Source of the DNA: Candidatus Poribacteria bacterium
GTDB lineage: Bacteria; Poribacteria; WGA-4E; PCPOR2b
Direction: 5' to 3'
Assembly: GCA_965208675.1 (NCBI GenBank)
Contig: OZ242351.1
Coordinates: forward strand, 2,732,633-2,796,632
DNA: 64,000 nucleotides
Shown here one piece after another: positions 9,390 through 20,514 of the stretch (position 1 is the first letter of the stretch; every line of letters starts with the position of its first letter). Under the pieces are notes generated by a model, which did no database searches, was not told the DNA's origin, and was given only the letters and a program-made list of their open reading frames with translations. Made by a program: the position numbers and the translations under genes.

Positions 9390-10828
9390 TTTTTACGGCG
9401 CGTACTGGTCATCTGAAATGCCCGTTGCCGATACAGGTGCTCAAACAGATTGCCTTCGTGCGGCTGATCCCAAGCGATTTGATTGGTGCTAATCGCACCT
9501 AAATTAAGGCGTTCCACATCTGGGGAGCCAAGTAACTCATTGATAAAAGCTTCGTCTTCGGTGAAAGCGCTGACCACCAAGGTTGAGCCGATACGTTCCA
9601 AAATCTCTGGTTGCGGCACTTCTACCACACTGACGAAGGGAAACAGGTATTCTGTGTTCGCCAGTGGATGTTCCGGGCTTTCACACCAGATGACGGTTGG
9701 GAGAAGATAGGTGCAACCGGCTTTTTCAACTAGCCTTCCGCCCCCTCGAACTTCGGCTGTCACATCGCTAGCACCGGGTGTTTTCAGTTGATCGTCAATG
9801 AGACTTGAAAGCTGACGGGCGAACTTTGGATTCGAAAATGCGGCGATTTGTGCCTGCGGATCGTCCAGCGGCAGCGCGTCAATTTGCGCCAACCTTTTTG
9901 CTAAAGCCCCCGCGATTTCGCGGCTATGGGCGGGCGCCCAGATTCCGGAGGCGTTAATGCAGGACCTTCCACCGTTATCGACGATGGATGCGATCATGAC
10001 ATCCAGATATATTTCCCAATCTGAAATCTCGTCATTCGCGATGACAATCTTGCTACGGCCCGGCCCGTGAATCTGCACACGTGGATCGGTTTTCCATGGC
10101 GTCACGGTTGATTCGCCGCCGAACAGCATTGAGCGGCCGCTGCGAAGTAAAATTTCAGCGGCGCCTGTGTAGTCCGTTGGATAAAAGCCGAACGCCGCTG
10201 GAGGACAGTCCGATGCAATCAAAGCTTGCGCGATGCGGTAAGGCGTCCAAGGCTCTTCGCCTCCCGGTTTGAGAATCAGCGGGGTTTTCATCGGAATGGC
10301 AGGCAGCCAGAGCGAATGCACGCCTGGGGAGTTACTGGGCAGCACCGCCCCTAACACATTCGTTTGACGTACGTAGCTCAAGGGACGTTTATCTTGCACG
10401 CCCCAACCGTCGTCGAGTATGGAGAGATTCAGTCCGCGCGTCAACCCTCCCAGAACCGCTTCCATTTCATCCAGAACCGTCCGGATTTTGTTCATGTTGT
10501 TTCGGCAGAGACTTTCCGGCATGCCTGTCGTCGCAGAAAGCTGTCGAATGTAGTCGCCGGGCGATTGCGATTCGGCGCCCAAGGGAAGAACCGAATCAGT
10601 AAAACAATGGGCGGCTTTCTTACAAATTGCAACCAGTTCCGATACGGAAAGCGATTCAAGGGCGCGTTTGTGATGCGCGGCTGTGGTTAAGTCCTTGGCA
10701 ATTAACCCCCGATTCGACTGACTCACCTCAGCGATTGGTTCGCCTGTCTGGACGTGCCGCACGCGGTGGATATTTAGGCTGCGATAAGGGCATCCAGCTC
10801 GTAGAATCGGAATGTGTATCATTGTCAA
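9386..10828 (-). CDS. Aldehyde dehydrogenase superfamily protein (possibly acylating)
   Basis: 480 aa. ALDH-like catalytic region NGGRSCINASG and LILKPGGEEP. Translationally coupled to the Fe-ADH gene. Confidence 0.7.
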   Translation of the reverse strand: MTMIHIPILRAGCPYRSLNIHRVRHVQTGEPIAEVSQSNRGLIAKDLTTAAHHKRALESLSVSELVAICKKAAHCFTDSVLPLGAESQSPGDYIRQLSATTGMPESLCRNNMNKIRTVLDEMEAVLGGLTRGLNLSILDDGWGVQDKRPLSYVRQTNVLGAVLPSNSPGVHSLWLPAIPMKTPLILKPGGEEPWTPYRIAQALIASDCPPAAFGFYPTDYTGAAEILLRSGRSMLFGGESTVTPWKTDPRVQIHGPGRSKIVIANDEISDWEIYLDVMIASIVDNGGRSCINASGIWAPAHSREIAGALAKRLAQIDALPLDDPQAQIAAFSNPKFARQLSSLIDDQLKTPGASDVTAEVRGGGRLVEKAGCTYLLPTVIWCESPEHPLANTEYLFPFVSVVEVPQPEILERIGSTLVVSAFTEDEAFINELLGSPDVERLNLGAISTNQIAWDQPHEGNLFEHLYRQRAFQMTSTRRKN

Positions 10829-10888
10829 TGCGCTCTCGTTCTAGATGAAAAAATGGGTCGATAATCCTTGTCAAATGCGAGTTTCATT

Positions 10889-11665
10889 CTACGATCTCTT
10901 TTTCTTGCCGCCCTTCTTTCGACTTACGCCCAGCGCTTCAATTTCTTCCCATAGATTTTGATAGGACTTTGCGGCGGGGGACTTGGGCGCAAAGACCGAG
11001 ACCGGCTCTCGTTGGATTCCCATTCTTTCGACATGGGACAGATAAGGAATAGCGGTCTGCAGAACACCGTTGAAAACGCGTAACGACTCTTGCATCAGTT
11101 CACGGTGGATTTTTTTCCGCCTATCAACCATCGAAAAAAAGGTGTACAGGTTGCCCGAATCATAACCGCTTTTATCAAGGAAATCGATTAACTGCTTGTG
11201 TGTACGCACGGACAGCGTGGTTGGAATTAGCGGAACGAGGAGGGAGTCCGCAGCGTCGAAAATATTCTCCGCAAGCAGATCAATGGTACACGGACAGTCC
11301 AAAGTGATTAAGTCGTATTCATCCCGAAGCGGCTCTAGAATTCGTTTTAACCGACGTCTCGAACGCTTCAATTGATGAAAAGTGACCGCCAAATTTCGAT
11401 GCGTAAAATCCGATGGCAGCAGATCCAAATTGTCAAAATCCGTGCCTTTGATATTTCGTTCGATTCGCTTGCCGCCTTTAACGAACCCCTTTGTCCTTGA
11501 TTTGAGTTTGGGTTTGACTCGAAGGTAATATGTCGCAGAACTTTGCGCATCCAGATCGCAGATAAGGGTTTTTAGCCCCGCTTGAGCCGCTAAATATGAC
11601 AGGTTAACGGTTGTAGCAGTCTTTCCGACGCCGCCTTTATTACTGTAGATTGCCAGTGTTTTCAT
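10889..11665 (-). CDS. ParA/MinD-family P-loop ATPase (deviant Walker A) with lysine-rich C-terminal tail
   Basis: SNKGGVGKTATT deviant Walker A, DLDAQ, LITLDCP Walker B-like. C-terminus VSRKKGGKKKRS. No parB nearby. Confidence 0.85.
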   Translation of the reverse strand: MKTLAIYSNKGGVGKTATTVNLSYLAAQAGLKTLICDLDAQSSATYYLRVKPKLKSRTKGFVKGGKRIERNIKGTDFDNLDLLPSDFTHRNLAVTFHQLKRSRRRLKRILEPLRDEYDLITLDCPCTIDLLAENIFDAADSLLVPLIPTTLSVRTHKQLIDFLDKSGYDSGNLYTFFSMVDRRKKIHRELMQESLRVFNGVLQTAIPYLSHVERMGIQREPVSVFAPKSPAAKSYQNLWEEIEALGVSRKKGGKKKRS

Positions 11666-11682
11666 TCAACAAACTCGCGCAA

Positions 11683-13230
11683 TTACGAAGCGAAAAGTTC
11701 CCGGAACAACTTTCTGTTTGAAGAGGAAGCAAAATCGTTGAAAATATTGGAAAATGAGTTTTTAACGGTCTGTTTTTTTTGACTCAACGCCCCGATTAAA
11801 CTGCCTATTGCGAGAATTGTCCTTTTGGACTGCGAATTCGCTATAGGCAGTTCACCAGTAATCGTCTGAAGATATTCGTCCTGAATGCACACATCCTGAA
11901 AATCCCCAAGATTATCTTGCAAATTTTTCAACTGGTTTATTAAAATACTAATTTTTGGATAGGGAAACAGACTGGAAAAGAACTCCATCAAATACCGCAG
12001 TTTTTTGCATTCAATCCTGAGTTGATGCAACAGCTCATCTCCGGTATTCTCAAAGCTCAGGCGTCCAAGTTTAACGACATTCCGGTACCTCCTGTAGATT
12101 CGGTTCCGCGCAAGAAAAATTATTGGAACACCTGCGTTAAGTGCCGGTGAAGTGTTTTTCGACGGTTCGTCAAGAAAGGCTTCCCAATCCTTCAGCATCC
12201 GCGAGAGCCGTTTGGAGTTTAAATTGCCAACAACTTCCTTTAACGCTTCCGATCGTTTCACACGTAAATGGTCAAACAGCGGCTCAATGTCAACTTGAAA
12301 TACATTCGGAAGCATCGCCTTGTAGTTTCTTTCGTTAAGGAGATAAACATCCAAATCCCGCAGCGGATTCGAGAGTTTGCCCAATGCGGCGAACTCCCGC
12401 CTAAACCGGTCGATTGCATCCTCCGGGAACACAGACTTAATCTGGCTTAAAGCGGAACGTGTCCGGCGGATAGCAACGCGAAAATCGTGCAAAAATTCAG
12501 TGTCAAGGTCCGCCTTGATGCCCTCCACATTGCGATTGATGACTTTCAGTAGAAGCCGCAGCACAATTTTAGTCGCCTCATCAGCACGCATATCCGGGTC
12601 GAGTTTTAATTTCAATTTTGTAGAATAATCTCCCGGGTACTGATTTACCGCTCCCAAGATGTTGCGATAGATATCTTCCTCCCCAACTGTTGGAAATCCC
12701 AAATCGTGGAATTGGTTGGCCAACGTTCGAAAGTATGCCGGATATCCTCGAACCTGCTCTAAGGTCAGATGAGTTGACATCGCGGGCGCGTCAGGTTTAA
12801 GCCTGAACGCTTCGTAAACGAAGCGCGCCACTGTTTTTTCGTCGGGGTTCAAAATGCGGTAGGAATTTGAATGGGAGACGATTTCAGCGCGCTTCAAAAG
12901 CGCGCGTACCTTTATAATCGGCGACAGCAGGTCTTTCAATCGGCTGTCAGGAAAATCCCATATGAAGACGGGTTGAGCGCGGATGCGGGCGCGCTCCATC
13001 AACGTGTTTTGAGAAAGGTGATGCAGTACAAAGTGACTTCCAGTTCCGTACAAAGCAAGTGAATTATTGAATAAACGCCAGTCGAAGGTGTCGTAAATTG
13101 TAAAACGCTCTGTGGCGGACTGCTCTTCTTTGGTGGAGTACGATGCATCAGCCGATTCACGAATCAAACGCTCTTGACTATACCCGGCAGGTAGCTTAAA
13201 TTTCAGATAATTATGCAAGTCTGCCTCCAC
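11683..13230 (-). CDS. CHAD domain-containing protein (N-terminal ~220 aa of unknown function)
   Basis: HDFRVAIRRTRSALSQ and CKKLRYLMEFF are typical CHAD helical-motif signatures. Sits 17 bp upstream of the ParA-like gene. Confidence 0.7.
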   Translation of the reverse strand: MEADLHNYLKFKLPAGYSQERLIRESADASYSTKEEQSATERFTIYDTFDWRLFNNSLALYGTGSHFVLHHLSQNTLMERARIRAQPVFIWDFPDSRLKDLLSPIIKVRALLKRAEIVSHSNSYRILNPDEKTVARFVYEAFRLKPDAPAMSTHLTLEQVRGYPAYFRTLANQFHDLGFPTVGEEDIYRNILGAVNQYPGDYSTKLKLKLDPDMRADEATKIVLRLLLKVINRNVEGIKADLDTEFLHDFRVAIRRTRSALSQIKSVFPEDAIDRFRREFAALGKLSNPLRDLDVYLLNERNYKAMLPNVFQVDIEPLFDHLRVKRSEALKEVVGNLNSKRLSRMLKDWEAFLDEPSKNTSPALNAGVPIIFLARNRIYRRYRNVVKLGRLSFENTGDELLHQLRIECKKLRYLMEFFSSLFPYPKISILINQLKNLQDNLGDFQDVCIQDEYLQTITGELPIANSQSKRTILAIGSLIGALSQKKQTVKNSFSNIFNDFASSSNRKLFRELFAS

Positions 13231-13475
13231 AGCGTTGTCTTCGCACCGTCATTGATTTCGCCATCGCATTTCACAAGTTTCATTGTATCAGAACCGCTGT
13301 ATTTCATCAATAAGAATACCGCTGTGTCAGCAGACGCAGCGTTCATTATAGCATGATTGGGATCAGTGTCAATCATATTCAACTGCTTCATCCGTGAGGA
13401 GATAGTGCACCACATTCAGCGTGAGGCATTGGAGTGAAGAAACCCCAAATGCGTATTGTCACGGGTTCAAAATTA

Positions 13476-13504
13476 TTGACACGCATTGCGTCGGGTGGTA
13501 GAAT
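13476..13504 (+). promoter_or_regulatory. sigma-70-type promoter for rarA (TTGACA-17 bp-TAGAAT)
   Basis: TTGACA at 13476-13481, a 17-bp spacer, TAGAAT at 13499-13504, about 75 bp upstream of the rarA start. Confidence 0.5.
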
Positions 13505-13578
13505 GCATCCCGCGGTAGGTTGGGTGATCGGGCGGTCTATCTCAACCTGAACCGCCAGAATTTAGCGGAGGTCATCCA

Positions 13579-14931
13579 GTGAATGAGTCAGGAACCCCCA
13601 CCAATCTGTTCGACTCTCAGCCGACGTCCGGCAAAAGCGCGGGACCTCTGGCGCACCGGGTTCGCCCCAATTCACTCGACGGATTCGTCGGACAAGAGCA
13701 TCTGCTGGACAAGGGACAGCCTCTTCGTCGTGCAATCGAAGGCGACGTGTTGATGTCCTGCATCTTTTGGGGTCCGCCGGGGTGCGGCAAGACTACGCTG
13801 GCGCACATTATCGCCCAGTATTCAAAAGCGCACTTCGAGCCTATCAACGCGAGCACAACAGGCGTTCCGGAATTGCGTAAACGAATCGCCGCTGCTCAAG
13901 AACGCTTAAAAATCCAAAATCAACCTACCATCCTGTTCTTGGACGAAATCCACCGCTTTAACAAAGCGCAGCAGGATTTTCTGCTGTCCTTCGTGGAAAA
14001 CGGCACAATTGTGCTGATTGGTGCGACTACCGAAAACCCTTCCTTTGAGGTGAATACCCCGCTCCTCTCTCGCATGCAGGTTTACCCGTTCCACCCGCTA
14101 GAAACACGCCACATCCAGCAGATAGTGGATACGGCAATCTGCGATATTGAACGGGGACTTGGCAAGTATCGAGTCACACTTTCGGATGCGGCTATGGAAG
14201 CGCTCGTTCGGATTGCGGACGGCGATGTGCGGCTAGCACTTAATGCGTTGGAACTCGCGGTGCAAACGTGCAAGCCCAATTCGCAGCAAATCCGTCACTT
14301 GGATGCGGAGAGCGTCCGCCGCGCCGCACAGAAACGGATGCTGCGCCACGATAAAGCTGGCGATGAACATTACAACCTAATTTCGGCCTTTATCAAGAGT
14401 ATGCGTGCGTCCGATGCAGACGCTGCCATCTATTGGCTGGCGAGGCTCCTTGAAGCCGGAGAGGACGCGCGTTTCATTGCACGGAGAATGGTAATCTTGG
14501 CGTCTGAGGATGTCGGAAACGCCGACCCACAAGCGTTGTTGATTGCGGACGCGGCGGCACGCGCCGTGGAATTTGTCGGGCTTCCGGAGGCGCAACTCAA
14601 TTTGGCTCAGGCTGCCACCTACCTCGCGTGCGCACCGAAAAGTAATGCCTCATATCTGGCTTTACTAGCGGCTCAGAAAGATGTACGCCAAAAATCCGCC
14701 TACCCGGTACCGCTCCACCTGCGGAACGCACCCACGCAACTGATGCGAGAACTCGGGTACGGAAAGGGATACCAGTACGCTCACGATTTCGAAGAACACA
14801 TCGCCGACATGGAATGCCTCCCCGAACCTCTACACGGGCAACGCTACTATAAACCGACGGATATCGGATATGAAGCGGTCATCCGCGAATATCTGGAAAA
14901 AGTTAAAAACAAAATAGGGCGAACTGATTGA
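13579..14931 (+). CDS. rarA: Replication-associated recombination protein A (AAA+ ATPase RarA/MgsA)
   Basis: 450 aa. [11 protein letters not shown] Walker [17 protein letters not shown] Walker B/sensor, C-terminal MgsA helical domain. TGA stop. Confidence 0.9.
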   Translation: MNESGTPTNLFDSQPTSGKSAGPLAHRVRPNSLDGFVGQEHLLDKGQPLRRAIEGDVLMSCIFWGPPGCGKTTLAHIIAQYSKAHFEPINASTTGVPELRKRIAAAQERLKIQNQPTILFLDEIHRFNKAQQDFLLSFVENGTIVLIGATTENPSFEVNTPLLSRMQVYPFHPLETRHIQQIVDTAICDIERGLGKYRVTLSDAAMEALVRIADGDVRLALNALELAVQTCKPNSQQIRHLDAESVRRAAQKRMLRHDKAGDEHYNLISAFIKSMRASDADAAIYWLARLLEAGEDARFIARRMVILASEDVGNADPQALLIADAAARAVEFVGLPEAQLNLAQAATYLACAPKSNASYLALLAAQKDVRQKSAYPVPLHLRNAPTQLMRELGYGKGYQYAHDFEEHIADMECLPEPLHGQRYYKPTDIGYEAVIREYLEKVKNKIGRTD

Positions 14932-14961
14932 GTCTAGCGGAGCGAAGGGCGAGCAAATTTG

Positions 14962-15042
14962 ATCTCACAATAGCGTACTCTCTATACGATAAATTCGCCG
15001 CTCTCCATCCTCTCTTCGCATCTCAAGAACGCACCCAATTTT
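14962..15042 (-). pseudogene. Remnant of the C-terminal KMRK..WRIY module of the ECF-fusion family
   Basis: Minus-strand translation ...LEMRREDGERRIYRIESTLL* resembles family C-termini (VKMRKEDGAWRIYE). Nucleotide similarity to 22640-22690. No upstream ORF. Confidence 0.45.
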
Positions 15043-15903
15043 CAAGTGCGTATCTCATTACGCGCGGTGTGCGTTCGGCCGATCGAGTTTGCGGCCTCAT
15101 TTGGTGTCAAAGTTGCAACCAAAACCTATCTTCTCAGGAGAATTTTCCGAGCGTTTTTGCCCTACATTTTAGTTGACACAGCATCTGAAACTCTGATAGG
15201 ATGTATTCAATTGAATCCGTGCATAAGGTAGGTATTTCTCTGGCGGGCTAAACGCTTGGGTACAACAGCGATGAATCTGCTTGCTTCTATCACAAATAAA
15301 ATCCCCTGTAACCCGTCCCGCAACCGCATTTCCCCGGAGGACAGGATTGATACTCCGACTATTATGGGATTATATTGGTCCGGATTCACCGAGAAACTTC
15401 ATACGCAATTATTTTTTCTTGCCAAGCGTCTTTGAAGAGGCAGGTTAGTTTGCCTCTCTGGAGGCGCTTTTTTGTTTGTGGAGCGTAACGATTTCTATAA
15501 GCCGATTCAATGGCTAAAATAGCAGTTTGCGGGAGCTTGAGTTGATATGCCAATCGGATTGAGGCAATGCTGACACAAGCTGGATCGTAATCCGAAGGCG
15601 AAGCGATTTGTGGCCGCAGGCGAAAACCGAAGAAAGAGCTGTTTCTGGTCGGATTTTCCGCCTTCGGCGGTGTCTTCTTGTGGCTCATTGGCTGTACCCG
15701 GTACCATAAATTAACCATGTTAGCGTGGGGTGGTTCATTTGTCCGCGCTCAAACGAAAACCGCGAAGGATCCCTTTGGGAGGAATGCGCTTAAAGTAAAA
15801 CCAACTCTAGCGATTGAGCTTATAGATTCGTTTTGACTCTTTCTTCATTCTTTAGAGATGAGGTTTTCCAACATGGCAACCATTCAAGAAAGGACAATAT
15901 CTC

Positions 15904-16725
15904 ATGAAAAAGACAGTTGTACGATTGACCTTTTTCTGCGTTGGCTTGGTCTTCGCCGGTTTGGTGTTGACGAGTATCAGTGATGCCGAAATTGACATGA
16001 CAGGCGCGAGGGCTATTTGGCTCTTTGACGAAGGGGAAGGTGATACAACTAGCGATATTTCTGGCAATGATTTTCACGCAACCCTCGCAAATGGTGCGGC
16101 ATGGACGGACGGCAAGTTCGGAGCAGGTGTGAGTTTCGATGGAGCGGATGATTATGTGGAAGCGAATGCCCCAGTCGTTGTCGAAACAGTCGATTTCACA
16201 ATGGGTCTTTGGCTAAATCCAGGCGAGACTCAATCCCAGTGGGCTAATGTCCTCTCCAGTCATGGCAGCGATCCAGGACCTCCGGAAATTTGCCGGGGAA
16301 TGTCCATTGAACAGGTTAGCGACTCCGCAAATCTGTTCTACTTTATCGCGGGTGGCGGGGAAAACGGTTGTTGGCTTGGTCAAGCGGCGCAAACCCAACT
16401 GGCAGCCGGTGTTTGGCAGCATTTCGTCATTGTACGGCAGGGGGCTACATTGACACATTACCTGAACGGCGAGGTATCCGCGGAGGGACGCGCTCAAAGA
16501 GATACACCCTACGCACCTGCCACACTTAATTTCCGCATCGGAAACTGGAGCGTCTTTGAGGGCAGGGGGTACAATGGCACAGTTGACGACGCTTTTATTT
16601 TCGATAGAGCACTGAGCCACGATGAAATTACCAGCCTTATGGACGATGGCTTTGATGTTGAAATCGCCGTTTCCCCGGCAAGGAAAATTTCTGCGGTCTG
16701 GGGAGGGATAAAAACACTATTTTAA
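15904..16725 (+). CDS. Secreted LamG/concanavalin A-like lectin-fold domain protein
   Basis: Signal peptide. LamG_3-like pattern (DGKFGAGVSFDGADDYVE..., FTMGLWLNPGE..., WQHFVIV..., LTHYLNGE, DDAFIFDRALSHDEI). Confidence 0.7.
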   Translation: MKKTVVRLTFFCVGLVFAGLVLTSISDAEIDMTGARAIWLFDEGEGDTTSDISGNDFHATLANGAAWTDGKFGAGVSFDGADDYVEANAPVVVETVDFTMGLWLNPGETQSQWANVLSSHGSDPGPPEICRGMSIEQVSDSANLFYFIAGGGENGCWLGQAAQTQLAAGVWQHFVIVRQGATLTHYLNGEVSAEGRAQRDTPYAPATLNFRIGNWSVFEGRGYNGTVDDAFIFDRALSHDEITSLMDDGFDVEIAVSPARKISAVWGGIKTLF

Positions 16726-17209
16726 TCTGAAATACGTCTTATCCTCGTGCAGAGGCAGGCGTGCCCGTGCTTACGCTATCATGTGGATTGTGATGGCTAG
16801 GAATCCAAGTTCCCGTCTTCGATACGGCTTTGAACCCTTCAGTGGTTTAACCTTCAAATCCATTCTACGTTAAGCACGCAAACGTTGAGTGCCAGCTGAT
16901 ATTCTTGTTCAATCTGAAACCGGATGTAGAATTGCAAGCCCTCTTGTGCGAACTGTAAGCGGCTAAGCTTTGATTAGTACCTAATATAGCAAAGAATAAT
17001 CCGTAATGAGTAATACGTGAGAAGAAGGTTAAATCTTATTGTGTTTACACGTGACGCGTGACTTCATTCTAATGAGAAATGGATTCCTCGATTAAAAACC
17101 CTGGACGAATCGAGATTGTGGCGTTAAATTGTCGGTCGGGATTCTAACACGGAGATTTCCTTGTCGATTTCGAAAACTCGACCGGCAAATTTTATAAGGA
17201 GATTGTCTT

Positions 17210-18040
17210 ATGAAGAGCACATCTGTCAGATTAACCGTCTTTTGTATCGGTCTGATCATCATCAGTCTGGTGTTAACAGGTAAAACCGACGCCCAACTTG
17301 ACATTGAAGGCGCTGTAGCGATATGGCTTTTTGACGAAGGTAGAGGCGATAAAGTAGCCGATGCCTCCGGCAATGGTAATGATGGAGAGTTTGTAAATAA
17401 TCCAGAATGGGTCGAAGGAAAATTTGGCGACGCTTTGGATTTCGATGGAATTGTTGACTATGTACAGATAAATGTCCCAGTCGTTGTGGAAACCGATGAC
17501 TTCACAATGGGCTGTTGGGTGAATCCAGGAAAAGTCCAAAAACAGTGGGCAAATATTCTCTCTAGCCATGGCGGCGATCCAGGTCCTCCGATAAATTGTG
17601 AGGGAATGTCCTTTGAACAGAATAGCGACACTCCAAATCGGTTCTACTTTATCGGGGGAGGTGCGCCGCGGCAATGTTGGCTTGGCCAAGCGGCGCAAAC
17701 TCAACTGAAGAGCGGTGTTTGGCAGCATTTCGTCGTTGTACGCAAGGATGGTAAACTGACACATTATCTGGACGGTGAGGTGTCCGCGGAGGTAGGCCTT
17801 CCACAAGACCTCGCGGTTGCCACAGATAGGTTTCGCATCGCTAACTGGAGTCGCCACGGGAACCGGGAATTCCAGGGGAAGGTTGACGAAGCCATGGTTT
17901 TCAGTCGAGCACTAAGCCACGATGAAATTACCACGGCCATGAATGAAGGTATTGCCGAGATATTGCCAGTTGCCCCAGTGGACAAAGCGCTCACTACGAC
18001 GTGGGGGACATTAAAATGGATGAATCGGAGAAGAGAATAA
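17210..18040 (+). CDS. Secreted LamG/concanavalin A-like domain protein (tandem paralog of 15904-16725)
   Basis: About 55% aa identity to the upstream paralog and the same motif order. Signal peptide. Confidence 0.7.
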   Translation: MKSTSVRLTVFCIGLIIISLVLTGKTDAQLDIEGAVAIWLFDEGRGDKVADASGNGNDGEFVNNPEWVEGKFGDALDFDGIVDYVQINVPVVVETDDFTMGCWVNPGKVQKQWANILSSHGGDPGPPINCEGMSFEQNSDTPNRFYFIGGGAPRQCWLGQAAQTQLKSGVWQHFVVVRKDGKLTHYLDGEVSAEVGLPQDLAVATDRFRIANWSRHGNREFQGKVDEAMVFSRALSHDEITTAMNEGIAEILPVAPVDKALTTTWGTLKWMNRRRE

Positions 18041-18549
18041 CGACCGGTTCATCTACTACCAAGTGGGCGATTTGGTAGAAGTCTTGTCGACACTTGAGAC
18101 AAGCGTTGTTTAATTCAAGGATTGAATCAAACAGTAAGGTCCCAAGGTATTCTAAGTGTTTCATCGTCTGAAACTAAGGTCCTGCCTCACTATTATTCAG
18201 TTTTCTTACCCTGCGCACTAGAGCAACTTCCGCTCCTTGCTGCTGTGGTGCGTCCATCCAACCTGTAATTATTCGGCGTTTTTGACCGCACAAGCCCGTT
18301 GAATTAGTGTAAAATTCTGTCAAAAGAAATTCCAGAATTTACTGTTCTATTCCCACACTGATACCGTCTAGCACATCGTTGGAAGAACAGTGATGCAGCA
18401 ACGCCCCAAGAAAACTCCACGACCAAATGCGATCGAAAATTCCATTGAAACACGATTCCCTCCGGTGGAATCTCGAAAGCCGTTCTGTTTCTGACCCAAT
18501 CTCGATTCTCTAATAGTAGGACTCTTTTCGTTTTCTGCAAAAGGCAATC

Positions 18550-20514
18550 ATGCCCGTAATTAGCAGACCGCCGCTCAGAAGATTTTTCAGTTGTAAGGTT
18601 TCGGCTCTGGCTTTGGTTATCCTGCTGGGGCTTAGCCGGGCGGCGCCAAGCCAGGCACCTGAAGGGTTCGAATTCGCCGATGTCGTGGAGAAATACCAGA
18701 AGGCTGTGGATGAATATCCGGCGTCGATAGAGGCGTATATGAATCTAGGCTTCGCGTATCTAGCGGTGGATGCGATGGAGCAAGCCAAGGAGATGTTCCG
18801 CGAGGTGCTCCGATTGGACGCGGAGTCTCCTGAAGGACACTATTGGCTAGGGCGAATCGACAATCTCCAGGGCAATTTTGAGAAATCAATTTTTTCTTTT
18901 CAGAGTGCTGTCCGTTTGCTTCCAAACTGGAGCGACGCGTATTCGGAGTTGGGATTGTGCTATTTTCGGACATACAAATATGATGAGGCTGAAGCCGCTT
19001 TCAAGAAGGCGCTTTCGCTGATGGCAATGTCGAAAACCCATCGCCCTCGATTTGCACCACCGCCCATCTTCGAAAAAGAAAACCAAGAATGGATAAATAA
19101 AGTGGCACCGATGCTAAAAAGCGGTATTGTTTATTATCTTAGCCTTATCGCATTCGAACGTCGACTTTTTGACGAGACTGCCGAATACTGCCGTCAAGTT
19201 ATCCGGATAGAACCCCAATTTGCGGAGGCGTATTTTCAGCTTGGGATGGTTCATGTTCAAAAAAAAGAGTGGGAAGCGGCAGAGAAAGCATTCGGCCAGG
19301 CAATTCACATTAGACCTCAAATGGGGCACGCCCACTACCAGTTGGGGTTATTGTATTTCAGACAAGGCAAACAGGCAGAAGCCGCCAACGCGATAGCGCA
19401 ATCTCAACAACTTAACAATTCTTTGGAACAACTCCGGAAGCAGCAATTATCCCTGATGTTGAACACAGACAAAGCCCCCGTCCTATCAAACCTCGGTTGG
19501 CAATATTTAAATGAGAAGAATTACGAAGCGGCTGTTCGGGAGTACAAAAAAGCACTCTGGCACAGCCCAAATCTCGCGGAAGCACACAACGGAATCGGTT
19601 ATGCATATACGATGCAAGGCCAACTTGAGAAAGCAATCCAAGCTCAACAGATGGCGATCCGATTGAAACCTCAGATGGCTGAAGCATACGCGGGCATGGG
19701 ACTCATTCGGCTAAAGCGTGCAGAAGTTTCTCAAAGCGAAGGAGATTATGAATTAGCCCTTTCGGCGTATCGCAAGGCAACAGAATTGAAGCCGGAATTC
19801 CCGGAAGCCCTCCTGAACCTTGGCAATATTGCCAATAAACTTTCTCGTCTTGAGGAAGCTGAAAAGGCTTATATAACATTGTTAACACTTCGGTCGAATC
19901 ACGCGCATACCCAACTTGGCGAAATTCCGATAAGCCGGATTCATCTGAATCTGGGCAAAATTTATTTGCGTCAAGAGAAATTCCCACAGGCAAATCGGCA
20001 TTATCAGGAAGCACTGAAGCAAAATCCGGATCTCGCCGAAGCGTTTTATGACTTGGGATTCATAGCATTTAAAGATGGCCGGGCAGATGACGCCGTCGAC
20101 AACTATAAGACTGCGCTAAAAATCCAACCCGATATGGCTGAAGCGCATTACTTCCTTGGAAAAATATACGTTGAACAGAATCAGTTTGAGCCGGCGGAGA
20201 AAGCATTTCAGAGGGTTATCGAGATTCAGCCCTCCTTCCACAGAGCCTATGAACGGTTAGCACACCTATACGGACAGACGGGCAGGTACACAAACAAGGC
20301 TGTGGCACTCGCCGAGAAAGCCGTAGAACTTCAACCCAATTCGGCGGCTTACCTCAATACCCTGTCATGGTTGTATTACATCAACAAAGATTATGTGCAG
20401 GCGGAAAGCGCCATAAAAAAAGCACTCGTGTTGCAACCCGATAATCGGCTCTACCAACGAGGACTCAAAGCCGTTCAACAAGCCACGGGCGTTGATGGAT
20501 CGGCGAGGAATTGA
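18550..20514 (+). CDS. Secreted tetratricopeptide (TPR) repeat protein
   Basis: 654 aa. Signal peptide. More than 12 TPR-like 34-aa repeats (AEAYFQLGMVHVQKKEWEAAEKAF..., AEAHNGIGYAYTMQGQLEKAIQ...). Confidence 0.85.
   Translation: MPVISRPPLRRFFSCKVSALALVILLGLSRAAPSQAPEGFEFADVVEKYQKAVDEYPASIEAYMNLGFAYLAVDAMEQAKEMFREVLRLDAESPEGHYWLGRIDNLQGNFEKSIFSFQSAVRLLPNWSDAYSELGLCYFRTYKYDEAEAAFKKALSLMAMSKTHRPRFAPPPIFEKENQEWINKVAPMLKSGIVYYLSLIAFERRLFDETAEYCRQVIRIEPQFAEAYFQLGMVHVQKKEWEAAEKAFGQAIHIRPQMGHAHYQLGLLYFRQGKQAEAANAIAQSQQLNNSLEQLRKQQLSLMLNTDKAPVLSNLGWQYLNEKNYEAAVREYKKALWHSPNLAEAHNGIGYAYTMQGQLEKAIQAQQMAIRLKPQMAEAYAGMGLIRLKRAEVSQSEGDYELALSAYRKATELKPEFPEALLNLGNIANKLSRLEEAEKAYITLLTLRSNHAHTQLGEIPISRIHLNLGKIYLRQEKFPQANRHYQEALKQNPDLAEAFYDLGFIAFKDGRADDAVDNYKTALKIQPDMAEAHYFLGKIYVEQNQFEPAEKAFQRVIEIQPSFHRAYERLAHLYGQTGRYTNKAVALAEKAVELQPNSAAYLNTLSWLYYINKDYVQAESAIKKALVLQPDNRLYQRGLKAVQQATGVDGSARN

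Noticed and set aside
9483-10690. Several 60-110-aa plus-strand ORFs inside the ALDH gene, and similar small ORFs inside other long genes
   Set aside because: They lie entirely within well-supported longer ORFs on the opposite strand and have no motifs. Discarded as spurious.
15436-15478. Hairpin GCCTCtctgGAGGC followed by GCTTTTTTGTTTG (plus strand), which looks like an intrinsic terminator
   Set aside because: No convincing plus-strand gene ends nearby (rarA stops about 500 bp upstream). It could terminate an unannotated sRNA or be fortuitous. Left uncalled.
16213-17857. Long minus-strand ORFs antisense to the two LamG genes (16213-16620, 17273-17857) that are similar to each other
   Set aside because: They mirror the paralogy of the sense-strand LamG genes. 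The sense frames carry signal peptides and domain motifs. These are antisense artefacts.
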